Assembly (NCBI GenBank): GCA_025450635.1
Contig: JANWHA010000034.1
Location: 1-61,188, forward strand
DNA from: Croceibacterium sp.
GTDB taxonomy: Bacteria; Pseudomonadota; Alphaproteobacteria; Sphingomonadales; Sphingomonadaceae
DNA length: 61,188 nucleotides
Direction: 5' to 3'
Within the stretch, counting starts at the first letter, position 1, and the number at the start of each line of letters is the position of its first letter. Below are positions 9,654 through 18,228 of this stretch, piece after piece. The notes beneath the pieces were generated by a model that saw nothing but the letters and a program-made list of their open reading frames with translations, searched no databases and was not told the DNA's origin. The translations under genes and the position numbers were made by a program.

Positions 9654-10805
9654 TCAGGCAGCCCGGAGATGCGACGGCAGCAGCGAATAGTCCGCGAACA
9701 GCTCTGCGAAGTGATCGCGGATGGTTCGCGCCGGGGCGGTAGCGCAAGCGAATGGATGTTCCAGCGCGTGCAGGATGGCGGCGCTGGCCGAGCGCGCGTC
9801 GGACGCCTTGTACGTCCAGCCGCCGCCGTCGCGCGCGTGGTCGGCCGCGCCGCCACGGTCGGGAACGATCACCGGCACCCCGCTGGCGCGGGCCTCCGCT
9901 GCGACCATGCAGAAGGTTTCGGCTTCGCAGCCGTGGACCAGGGCATCCGCACTGGCCAGTATGCGCGCAAACGCCTTGCGGTCACGTTCAGGCTCGAACA
10001 GGCGGATATGCGGGTTGCCGCCGATCGCCGACACGACGGCCCGGCTGTCGCGGCCTTCGCCCAGCATTATCAGGCCGATCGGACGCACGCGCGCCGCCGC
10101 CGTGACCGCCTCGATGACCAACGGCCAGCGCTTTTCCGAGGACAGGCGACCGACCGCGACGAGCAGATGTGCCTCAGGGCTTAGCGAGCATTTCTGAAGC
10201 AGCTTTGCCCGCAAGGCAGGATCGCGTAGCGAAGGCGAGAACAGGTCCGGCTCGACTCCCATCGGGTTCGTCACGACGTTCGCGACGCCGCCGTCCACCA
10301 ACCGTGTGCTCAGGTCGAGGCTGGCGCAGACAACCCTGTCGAAGGCCTGCCCGAGCTGCCGCAAGTGGGCCCAGTAACGCTCCATCCGGCGGTCGATTGT
10401 CGAACGCTCGAACACCGGCTCCAGCCAGCGGTAGGCGTAGGCGGAGAGGATGTCCGCGTGCATGATAAGCGTACGGGGCGCCGGCCCTTGCCAGCGCGCC
10501 GCCATCAGTGCGCTTCGCCAGGGGGATGAGGCTTCGACAATGTCGGGCTGGATGCGATCGAGCACGCGGTGAAGCGCCGGCTCGTCGGCGAAATACCAAT
10601 ACCGCCGGTCGAGCGGAAAGCGGGGGGCGGGGAGCAGCTCGATCCGGGCATTCGGCCCGCGCTCGATGGTCTGGTGGTCGTCGCCGGGCGCGATGATGGT
10701 GATGTCGTGGCCAAACTCGGGGCCGATTGCGAGTTTCTGTTCGACATAAGTCCGCACACCACCGCCGCGTGGCGAATAGAATGCGCATACGTCGACAATC
10801 CGCAT
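9654..10805 (-). CDS. GT4 family glycosyltransferase
   Basis: MRIVDVCAFYSPRGGGVRTY, VGRLSSEKR, ETFCMVAAE (E-x7-E), ASGVPVIVPD. Confidence 0.9.
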   Translation of the reverse strand: MRIVDVCAFYSPRGGGVRTYVEQKLAIGPEFGHDITIIAPGDDHQTIERGPNARIELLPAPRFPLDRRYWYFADEPALHRVLDRIQPDIVEASSPWRSALMAARWQGPAPRTLIMHADILSAYAYRWLEPVFERSTIDRRMERYWAHLRQLGQAFDRVVCASLDLSTRLVDGGVANVVTNPMGVEPDLFSPSLRDPALRAKLLQKCSLSPEAHLLVAVGRLSSEKRWPLVIEAVTAAARVRPIGLIMLGEGRDSRAVVSAIGGNPHIRLFEPERDRKAFARILASADALVHGCEAETFCMVAAEARASGVPVIVPDRGGAADHARDGGGWTYKASDARSASAAILHALEHPFACATAPARTIRDHFAELFADYSLLPSHLRAA

Positions 10806-10809
10806 CGAG

Positions 10810-11331
10810 TCAGTTCTTCTTCAACGGGCCCATGCCGAGGCCGCGCCGGTAATTGAGAACGATCGAAAGCCTTGTCAGCCCCGGACCGGCAACCACCTCC
10901 GCGTGGGCCGCCTTGGGTTTGCCCCAACTCAGCTTGGGGTTGCCGGCGAAGCCAACCCCATCTTCGGACCAACCGAATTTTCTGTTCCTGTCACGATCGT
11001 GCAAGAGCATGACGCTGTATCGGCCGGGACCTGGAAGACGGACGCACAGCTCGACCGGATCGGCTGCGGGCACCGGCACTTCGACGCGGCGAAAAGTCTT
11101 GCCCTCGCTCACCAGAACGTTGTCGTCTTGCAGGAAATCGTGATCGTTCGCAGGGTACACCTCGAGCTTCAGGTTGCCCTTGCGGTCCTTCAGGCCCACG
11201 GGATCGACAATCAGGGCCGCCCCTTGTTCGTTCGCTCGGCAACGGCCCTCCGCTTTCCCTAGGTCCGGCGTAGAAGGGATCATGGCGGCTGAAACGAGCG
11301 GAATTGTCGCGAGAACAGCCGTCGCGATCAT
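10810..11331 (-). CDS. DUF2141 family exported protein
   Basis: Signal-peptide-like N-terminus; GLKDRKG, PGRYSVMLLHDRDRNRKF, DGVGFAGNP resemble DUF2141. Confidence 0.78.
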   Translation of the reverse strand: MIATAVLATIPLVSAAMIPSTPDLGKAEGRCRANEQGAALIVDPVGLKDRKGNLKLEVYPANDHDFLQDDNVLVSEGKTFRRVEVPVPAADPVELCVRLPGPGRYSVMLLHDRDRNRKFGWSEDGVGFAGNPKLSWGKPKAAHAEVVAGPGLTRLSIVLNYRRGLGMGPLKKN

Positions 11332-12281
11332 TCGGCAGATTCCTTCCTTATCAGGTCCGTCAGGGCGAAAGTGCTGCCGACCATCAGGTGGGACAGAAGG
11401 ATCAGCCCGGCCATCAACGTTAGCAGCGACGCAATCTCGACGTCATGTCCGAGCATGAAAACGGCGAGGCCGGCGAATACCACATCTTTGTTGGGCACGA
11501 AAGGCAAGCGCGAGATCAGCAGTCTGATCGTCGCCAACAACAACCACCAGACGACCGGTATCGACGGCAGGATCAGGTGCCACAGAAAGGCCGACAAGCC
11601 GGTAACGGCAATGAGGCGGATGATGTGCATCGCAAAGATGAAGCGCAAGTCGGGTCGCGGCAGAGAGAATATCTGGCGCCGCCACAAGAGCATGGCCATG
11701 GAGGTCAGCAACACGACGGTGAGCGACAGGACGACGGCACGCGATTGCAAGCCGAGCTGGGTGGCGGAGGCAAGCGGCCAGGCCACCATCAGCATTAGCA
11801 GGGTGACGATGTTGCCGGCCACGGCTGACAGGATGGTGACGTCCTTGACGGCGCCGAACGGCGCTGCCTCCAAGTTCAGTTTGCGCCGCGCCCAGGCGTA
11901 GAAATAGACCTCGCCGAGATAGCCGAGCAGCAGTTCGTTGTAGATCAGCTTGCGAATAAGGGCGGCGAAAGCCGGTGGTCCGACACCCCACAGACGCCGG
12001 AAGATCAGCCATTCGGTGATCGGCTGGGCGAAATAGCTGAGGGCAAACACCGCCCAGAAAATCGGCGATACGGGTATCAGCGAGATGATCGCGCGCACAT
12101 TGACGCCGCGAATCTCGTGGATCACCGCGGCGATGACCAGCAGCGACAGGATCGAGCTCAGCAGCCGGGTGCCGCCCGGCCAGCGCGGCCTGTCCTGCGG
12201 GCGCAACGCCGCGGTCATGTCCTCCGGCACGCGCACGAGGTATGCTTGGTAGACGGTCCCGCCGTCCTTAGCAGATAGCAA
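11328..12281 (-). CDS. Multi-pass membrane protein, flippase-like/lysylphosphatidylglycerol-synthase TM-like
   Basis: About eight hydrophobic segments, NELLLGYLGEVY motif; ATGA-coupled to DUF2141. Family assignment is inference; start uncertain (TTG 12281 or ATG 12218). Confidence 0.6.
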   Translation of the reverse strand: MLSAKDGGTVYQAYLVRVPEDMTAALRPQDRPRWPGGTRLLSSILSLLVIAAVIHEIRGVNVRAIISLIPVSPIFWAVFALSYFAQPITEWLIFRRLWGVGPPAFAALIRKLIYNELLLGYLGEVYFYAWARRKLNLEAAPFGAVKDVTILSAVAGNIVTLLMLMVAWPLASATQLGLQSRAVVLSLTVVLLTSMAMLLWRRQIFSLPRPDLRFIFAMHIIRLIAVTGLSAFLWHLILPSIPVVWWLLLATIRLLISRLPFVPNKDVVFAGLAVFMLGHDVEIASLLTLMAGLILLSHLMVGSTFALTDLIRKESAE

Positions 12282-12425
12282 TTTGCGGCTTCCCTCTGTC
12301 TGATCGCCATGATGACGCCGCCGATCGAGTCCTTCCTCATGCGGCGTGGCGACATTTCGGCTCCGTGACGGGCTGAAACTCCAATTAGCACGGAAATATC
12401 GCGAAAGCTCTAAAGGGGCGGATGT

Positions 12426-13160
12426 TCAGGCGAGCAGCGCCGAGTAATGGCTGACGATCCGCTTCGAGGCGAAGGCTTTCAGCGTGCGATCGATGCTGGC
12501 GAGTATCGACGGCTTGGTCAGGTCGCCGGGATGAACGGCGATCCGCACGTTCGCCAGCGGCTGCAACGCGGTGCGCGCGAGCGAAGCGAAGGCCACCGAC
12601 GATGCCGTCCGCGCTCGAGTGCGGCTGGCCCAGGTGATGACCGGACCGCGAGCGACCGTCGCGCCCGTCCGGGGGCACCAGACACGCATGTGGTCTTCGG
12701 CCAGCTCAAAGCCGCTCGCGGCCAGGGCTTCGATTGCGCCGGGCCCATAGAGCCATGCCGGTGCGACGAACCCCGCGACGGGACGACCGATAATGTCTTC
12801 CAGCAACGCCTTGCCGTCGGCCATCCGCTGCCCCGCCTGCTTCGCGGAGAGGCCCAGGAACTCACCTTCCCCAGCGGTCATGTGCCTGGCTTTCAGGCGC
12901 GCAAGGCCCGAGTGCCTGGCTTCATCACGGTGAAACCATCCATGAACGAACATCTCGACACCCTCGGTGGCCCACGCGCGGAGTTTGCCGCAAAACCGCG
13001 GATCGCCGGCCAGCGGGCTTTCGCCCCAATGGTTCGGGACTACGAGCATCGCGAAATGGCGGCTGCCGAGCGACGCCGTCAGGCGATCCGACAGCCGTTC
13101 GATCTCGAGCGAAAAACGCGGTCCGACGTCGTGGATAGAGACAAGAACCCGCCTGTGCAT
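12426..13160 (-). CDS. DUF2334/polysaccharide deacetylase-like protein
   Basis: LVSIHDV, LVVPNHW, HGWFH, GEGEFLGL, GFVAPAWL, RIAVHPGD (NodB-like metal motifs). Confidence 0.82.
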   Translation of the reverse strand: MHRRVLVSIHDVGPRFSLEIERLSDRLTASLGSRHFAMLVVPNHWGESPLAGDPRFCGKLRAWATEGVEMFVHGWFHRDEARHSGLARLKARHMTAGEGEFLGLSAKQAGQRMADGKALLEDIIGRPVAGFVAPAWLYGPGAIEALAASGFELAEDHMRVWCPRTGATVARGPVITWASRTRARTASSVAFASLARTALQPLANVRIAVHPGDLTKPSILASIDRTLKAFASKRIVSHYSALLA

Positions 13161-13197
13161 CGTCGGGCCCCTACAGCCCGCGACCCGAACCGCAAGA

Positions 13198-13602
13198 TCA
13201 ACCTTGCCTGCGGTACGGAACGAACTCGTTCATCACCATCGCCGGCCCGGGCATGCCGGTCGAGGAATCGCGCAGGTGGACAATATCCTTGGAGCACAGC
13301 TGGTCGCCCCAGATCTTGAACACCGGTATATCGCTCCAGGTCAGGAAGTTCACGCCATCGGGCCGGCTCACGTAGTAGGTGTCGCCGACCCTGAACACCA
13401 GCGCCGTGCGCTCGACGACCTGCATGTCGCGCCGCTGGTTCATGTCAAGGCATTGGACCGGTTTGCCGGCGGTGCGCCCATCGAGCAACCTGGCGAGCTT
13501 CGCTTCGCCGCCATCGGCGTTGCCGTGCGCGGCCATCGCGGGCACGGCGCCGGCGAGAACACCGAGGCCGAAGACGGCAGGGATCAAGCTTTTCATTTTC
13601 AT
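13198..13602 (-). CDS. Small secreted hypothetical protein
   Basis: Signal peptide ending PAMA; GKPVQCL..QLCSKDIV..FVPYR; GGAG-type RBS upstream. Confidence 0.75.
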   Translation of the reverse strand: MKMKSLIPAVFGLGVLAGAVPAMAAHGNADGGEAKLARLLDGRTAGKPVQCLDMNQRRDMQVVERTALVFRVGDTYYVSRPDGVNFLTWSDIPVFKIWGDQLCSKDIVHLRDSSTGMPGPAMVMNEFVPYRRQG

Positions 13603-13698
13603 CTCTCAATCTCCCTATGTCCGGGAATACTGAGCCCGCCGGCCTTAACCGGCCCTGACCGCCGAAAGGGCCTTGCCGAGCGGCCACGCTTGGCCTTA

Positions 13699-13712
13699 AG
13701 GTAGCGCTAACA
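13699..13712. promoter_or_regulatory. LacI/XylR-type operator (site 1)
   Basis: AGGTAGCGCTAACA in the divergent intergenic region, 34 nt upstream of the sugar porter ATG; overlaps a candidate -10 (TAAGGT, 18 nt after TTGCCG at 13673). Confidence 0.85.
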
Positions 13713-13746
13713 TAATGTGCCGGCAAGGCGCGGTGGGGAGGAAAGC

Positions 13747-15204
13747 ATGAACACTTCGCGGACCGGCGTGAACATGGCGCTGATTGGGGCGATCGTTGCG
13801 GTGGCGACGATCGGCGGCCTGCTGTTCGGTTACGACAGCGGCGCGGTCAACGGCACCCAGACCGGCCTGACCGCCGAGTTTCATCTCGACGACTGGTGGC
13901 TCGGCCTGACGGTCGGCTCGCTGCTGATCGGTTGTGCCGTCGGCGCCTTCCTCGCCGGTCGCCTGGCCGATGCCATGGGGCGCCGGATGGTGATGATCAT
14001 CGCCGCGGTCCTCTTCCTGTTCGGTGCGCTGGTCCAGGGCCTCACCGGCACCCACCTGATCTTCATCATCGCGCGTTTCTCCGCCGGCATGGCGGTCGGC
14101 GCGGCTTCGGTGCTCTCGCCGCTGTACATCTCCGAGGTCGCTCCGGCGAAGATCCGCGGCCGCCTAACCACCGTGCAGCAGGTGATGATCATCTCGGGCC
14201 TGACGGCGGCCTTCGTGGTCAATTATTTCCTCCAGCAGGCCGCCGGCGGCGATTCGCTCAACATGGTCGGCGGCCGCGCGGCATGGCGGTGGATGTACCT
14301 CGCCCAGGCGGCGCCGGCGGCGGTGTTCCTGATCGCCTTGTTCTTCATTCCCGAAAGCCCGCGCTACCTCATCAGCCGCAAGCGAGAGGCCGAGGCGACC
14401 TCGGTGTTGACCAAGCTCTTCGGTGCCGACGAAGCCGCGCGCAAGGTCGGCGAGATCAAGGCCAGCTTCGCCGACGATCACCGCCCGCGGCTGGCCGACG
14501 TCACCGCGCCCGGCACGCTGTTCCGCCCGATCGTGTGGGCCGGAATCATGATCGCTACCTTCCAGCAGTTCGTCGGCATCAACATCATCTTCTACTACGG
14601 CGAAACGCTGTGGAAACTGGCCGGCGTCTCAGAATCGGTCGCGCTCGAGCGCAACATCATTTCCGGCGTGGTGTCGATCGCCGCGGTGCTCGCCGCGCTC
14701 CTGCTGATCGACAAGATTGGTCGCAAGCCGTTGTTGATGATCGGTTCGATCGGCATGGGCGTGACGCTCGCGGCTATGAGCTGGGCCTTCAGCGGCGCCG
14801 CCACCGATGCGGCGGGTAACCTCTCGCTGTCGCCTTCAGCCGGCTGGGTCGCGCTGGTGGCGGCCAATCTCTACGTGGTCTTCTTCAACTTCAGCTGGGG
14901 CCCGGTGATGTGGGTCCTGCTCGGCGAGATGTTCCCCAACCAGATGCGCGGCTCGGCGCTGGCTGTCGCCGGCTTCGCGCAGTGGGGCGCCAACTTCCTC
15001 GTCGTGCAGGCCTTCCCGCCGATGGCCGGCAGCCTCGGCCTCGCCGGAACCTACGCTTTCTACACCGTGGCCGCCTTCGTCAGCTTCTTCCTCGTCAAGG
15101 CGCTCATCAAGGAGACCAAGGGCAAGGAGCTCGAGGAAATGGAAGGCTGGACCGCGCCGGCCGCGGCGGGCGATGCGGAGGTCGCGACTACCGAGCTGGG
15201 ATGA
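13747..15204 (+). CDS. Sugar porter family MFS transporter (XylE/GalP-like)
   Basis: GGLLFGYDSG, DAMGRR, YISEVAPAKIRG, PESPRYL, QQFVGINIIFYY, WGPVMWVLLGEMFP, ETKGKELEE; ATG 13747 after GGAGG. Confidence 0.93.
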   Translation: MNTSRTGVNMALIGAIVAVATIGGLLFGYDSGAVNGTQTGLTAEFHLDDWWLGLTVGSLLIGCAVGAFLAGRLADAMGRRMVMIIAAVLFLFGALVQGLTGTHLIFIIARFSAGMAVGAASVLSPLYISEVAPAKIRGRLTTVQQVMIISGLTAAFVVNYFLQQAAGGDSLNMVGGRAAWRWMYLAQAAPAAVFLIALFFIPESPRYLISRKREAEATSVLTKLFGADEAARKVGEIKASFADDHRPRLADVTAPGTLFRPIVWAGIMIATFQQFVGINIIFYYGETLWKLAGVSESVALERNIISGVVSIAAVLAALLLIDKIGRKPLLMIGSIGMGVTLAAMSWAFSGAATDAAGNLSLSPSAGWVALVAANLYVVFFNFSWGPVMWVLLGEMFPNQMRGSALAVAGFAQWGANFLVVQAFPPMAGSLGLAGTYAFYTVAAFVSFFLVKALIKETKGKELEEMEGWTAPAAAGDAEVATTELG

Positions 15205-15256
15205 GCCGTCCGCGCGGCGCTGGCGTGAGCCAACGCGCCGCTCTAGGCTGGCCGGC

Positions 15257-16780
15257 ATGAGCGAGCGCCCCGCCCCCACCCGCGTCGTCGTCCTCGGTGG
15301 CGGCACGGCGGGATGGATGAGCGCGGCCGGGCTGGCCAAGCTGCTTGGCCCGCTGGTCACCGTGACGCTGGTCGAAAGCGAGGACATCGGCATCGTCGGC
15401 GTCGGCGAGGCCACGCTGCCCCACATCCGCGGCTTCGTCGAACGGCTCGGGATCGACGAGGCCGAGTTCATGCGCGCGACCCACGCGACCTACAAGCTGG
15501 GCATCGATTTCCGCGACTTCGGCCGCATCGGCGACAGCTACGTCCACCCTTTCGGCACCTTCGGCGAGGAAGCCGCGGGCGTGCCGTTCCATCACTACTG
15601 GCTGGAGTTGCAGCGACGGGGAATGGCCGAGGACCTGGGTCATTATTCGCTCGCGGTTTCGGCCGCGCTGGCCAGCAAGTTCCGCCCGCCGACCGCCGAC
15701 GGGAGTCTCACCTCGACCTATGGCTATGCCTACCAGTTCGATGCGACGCTGTTCGGCCCGTTCTTGCGGGAGCACGCGACCAAGAACCGTGGGGTGGAGC
15801 GGATCGAGGGCAAAGTCGTCGAGGTACGGCAAGACCCGGAAAGCGGCGACGTGACGACGCTCGTTCTCGAAAGCGGCAGGGAAATCGCCGGCGACCTGTT
15901 CGTCGATTGCTCGGGCTTCCGCTCGTTGCTGCTCGGCAGCACGCTTGGCGAGAGGTGGGAAGACTGGTCGCCGTGGTTGCCTTGCGACCGCGCCGCTGCC
16001 CTCCCGTGCGCCCACATCAGCGAAGACTTCGCGCCGGTGACGTCGGCAATCGCCATGCCGGCCGGCTGGCGCTGGCGGATTCCGCTGCAGCACCGGATGG
16101 GCAACGGCTACGTGTTCTCAAGCCAGTTCATCTCCGAGGACGAAGCTTGCGCGGTGATCAGCGACGCGGTCGACGGGGAGCTGCTGGCCGAGCCGCGCGT
16201 TCTCCGCTTCCGCGCGGGACGCCGCTCGAAGAGCTGGAACCGCAACGTCATCGCCGTCGGGCTGTCGAGCGGCTTCCTCGAACCGCTCGAATCGACTTCG
16301 CTCTACCTGTCGCAGATGGCGATCACCTACCTGATCGAGCTGTTCCCGGTCGGGGGCCAAATTGACGCCCGCGACCGCGACGAGTTCAACCGACTGGTCG
16401 ACATGGAATACGACCGGGTGCGCGATTTCCTGATCCTGCATTTCCACGCGACCGAGCGCGACGATTCCGAATTCTGGAACCACGTCCGCACGATGCAAGT
16501 GCCCGACACGCTGGCCGAGAAAATGACCCTCTGGCGCGAAACGGGCCGGATTGAGAAATACTCCGACGGGCTGTTCTACGATGCGAGCTGGATCGCGGTT
16601 TACCTTGGCCAGGGCGTCTGGCCGCAGCGGCACGATCCGCGCACCCGCCTACCGGCCCCCGAACAGATTGCTCGCGCTTTAGCGCGGCTGCGTGAGGCGA
16701 TGATCGAGGAAGTCGCCGCGATGCCGGGGCACCGCGAGTTCCTCACCGCCAACGTCCAAAGGCTGGCGGCCGCGCCATGA
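15257..16780 (+). CDS. Flavin-dependent halogenase homologue (tryptophan halogenase family), Hal1
   Basis: GGGTAG, GVGEAT, catalytic-Lys motif ATYKLGI, DCSGFR, WRWRIP, GFLEPLESTS; ATG 15257. Confidence 0.92.
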   Translation: MSERPAPTRVVVLGGGTAGWMSAAGLAKLLGPLVTVTLVESEDIGIVGVGEATLPHIRGFVERLGIDEAEFMRATHATYKLGIDFRDFGRIGDSYVHPFGTFGEEAAGVPFHHYWLELQRRGMAEDLGHYSLAVSAALASKFRPPTADGSLTSTYGYAYQFDATLFGPFLREHATKNRGVERIEGKVVEVRQDPESGDVTTLVLESGREIAGDLFVDCSGFRSLLLGSTLGERWEDWSPWLPCDRAAALPCAHISEDFAPVTSAIAMPAGWRWRIPLQHRMGNGYVFSSQFISEDEACAVISDAVDGELLAEPRVLRFRAGRRSKSWNRNVIAVGLSSGFLEPLESTSLYLSQMAITYLIELFPVGGQIDARDRDEFNRLVDMEYDRVRDFLILHFHATERDDSEFWNHVRTMQVPDTLAEKMTLWRETGRIEKYSDGLFYDASWIAVYLGQGVWPQRHDPRTRLPAPEQIARALARLREAMIEEVAAMPGHREFLTANVQRLAAAP

Positions 16781-18228
16781 GCGAGGCGCGCGAGCTTCCG
16801 CAACGGATCGTCGTCGCTGGAGACGGCCCACTCGGCGTGCTTGCCGCCATCGCGCTGCGGAAGGCACTGCCGCGCACCGAGGTGATCGTCATCGCCATCC
16901 CGCCCGATCCCGCGGCGTTCGCCGAGCGGATCGGTACGGCGCTGCCCTTCACCAATCGGCTGCACGACCGGCTCGGCATCGAGGAAGCGGCGCTCGTGCG
17001 TCAGGCGGGCGCGAGCCACCGCTTGGTCATGCGCTATTTCGGCGGCGGCGGGCCCGGCCAGGCCGGCGCCGCGGGATATGGCGCGTCGATCGACCCGGCG
17101 ATGAAGACCGCTTTCGCCCGCGAATGGGGCGGCGGGCCCCGCAATGCCGAAACCGGCGCCCCGCCGCGCAGCCTGGGCGAAGTGCTCGCCGCAGCTGGCC
17201 GCTTCGCCCCTCCTTCCGGCGAAGCGGAAGCCCCGCTCGCCGAGCTCGACTACGCGCTGCGCTGGAACGTGCCGGCCTACCGCGACCTGCTGATCCAGAT
17301 CGCCCAGCGGCTGGGGGTGCAGCACGAGCGCGCGGTCATCACCGGCGTCGTGCCCGACGGCGCGGGCGGGATCGCGGCCCTGGCGATGGACAGCGGGGCG
17401 CAGATCGCGGCCGACCTTTATGTCGATTGCAGCGGATCGGGCGCCGTGCTGCTCGACCAGTTGCCGGAGCATCGCTGGCTCGATGGGCGCGGGACGTTCC
17501 ACGCCCGCGGCCTCGCCATCGCCGCGCTGGCGGGGCCGATGCTGGCGCTCGAGGACCGGGCGACCTGGACTCCGCTCGGCTGGCGTTGGGAGCTGGCCGG
17601 CCGCGACGGGCTGCAGGCGCTGCTGGCGGTCCCCGGAGGTGCATCCGACGAGGCCATCGCGGCTGCGCTCGGCAGCGAGCCAGCGGCGATCGTACCGTTC
17701 GCCCCAGGAAGGCTCGATGCGGCCTGGCTCGGCAATGTCGTCGGGCTGGGCAGTTCGGTGGCGGAGCTCGAACCGCTCGGCGGCATCGCCCAGGACCTTG
17801 CCCACCGCCAGCTTGCCCTGTTGCTTGAGCTTTTGCCCGGCCGCACGGTGGATCCAGCCGAGCGGGCCGAGTTCAATCGCCGCTCGGCGCTGATGGCCGA
17901 TCGGGCCGCCGACTGGATCGCCGCCCATTATGCCGCGCCGGCGCCGACCGCTCGGTTCCCATCGCTCAACCTGTCGCCCGACCTCTCGCGGACGCTCGAT
18001 CAATTCATTCGGCGCGGGCGGGTCCCCTTCGCCGAGGAAACCCCGATGCTGGTGCAGGAATTCGGCACGCTGTTGCAGGCGATCGGAGTGCCGCAAGGCG
18101 AAGGGCCGATGGCCGCGGCCGGCGAAGGATCGGGCGAGGCCGCGGCGCGTGCCTTCGAGGAGCGCGCGCGAGCCGCGCTGAATGCCGCGCCGCCCTACGC
18201 CGAATGGATGCAGCGAGCCGTCGCCTAG
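16777..18228 (+). CDS. Degenerate tryptophan-halogenase-like protein, HalX
   Basis: Collinear with Hal1 (GDGPLG, ADLYVDCSG, LEPLGG, ERAEFNR), but ASHRLV replaces ATYKLG and WRWELA replaces WRWRIP; ATGA-coupled to Hal1; no frameshift. Confidence 0.82.
   Translation: MSEARELPQRIVVAGDGPLGVLAAIALRKALPRTEVIVIAIPPDPAAFAERIGTALPFTNRLHDRLGIEEAALVRQAGASHRLVMRYFGGGGPGQAGAAGYGASIDPAMKTAFAREWGGGPRNAETGAPPRSLGEVLAAAGRFAPPSGEAEAPLAELDYALRWNVPAYRDLLIQIAQRLGVQHERAVITGVVPDGAGGIAALAMDSGAQIAADLYVDCSGSGAVLLDQLPEHRWLDGRGTFHARGLAIAALAGPMLALEDRATWTPLGWRWELAGRDGLQALLAVPGGASDEAIAAALGSEPAAIVPFAPGRLDAAWLGNVVGLGSSVAELEPLGGIAQDLAHRQLALLLELLPGRTVDPAERAEFNRRSALMADRAADWIAAHYAAPAPTARFPSLNLSPDLSRTLDQFIRRGRVPFAEETPMLVQEFGTLLQAIGVPQGEGPMAAAGEGSGEAAARAFEERARAALNAAPPYAEWMQRAVA

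Noticed and set aside
12304-12352. Imperfect inverted repeat upstream of the flippase-like gene
   Set aside because: Bulged GC-rich pairing with a large loop; no recognisable RNA family and plausible by chance.
16777-18228. Calling HalX a pseudogene
   Set aside because: Full-length ORF with no stops or frameshifts and translational coupling retained; reported as a degenerate protein instead.
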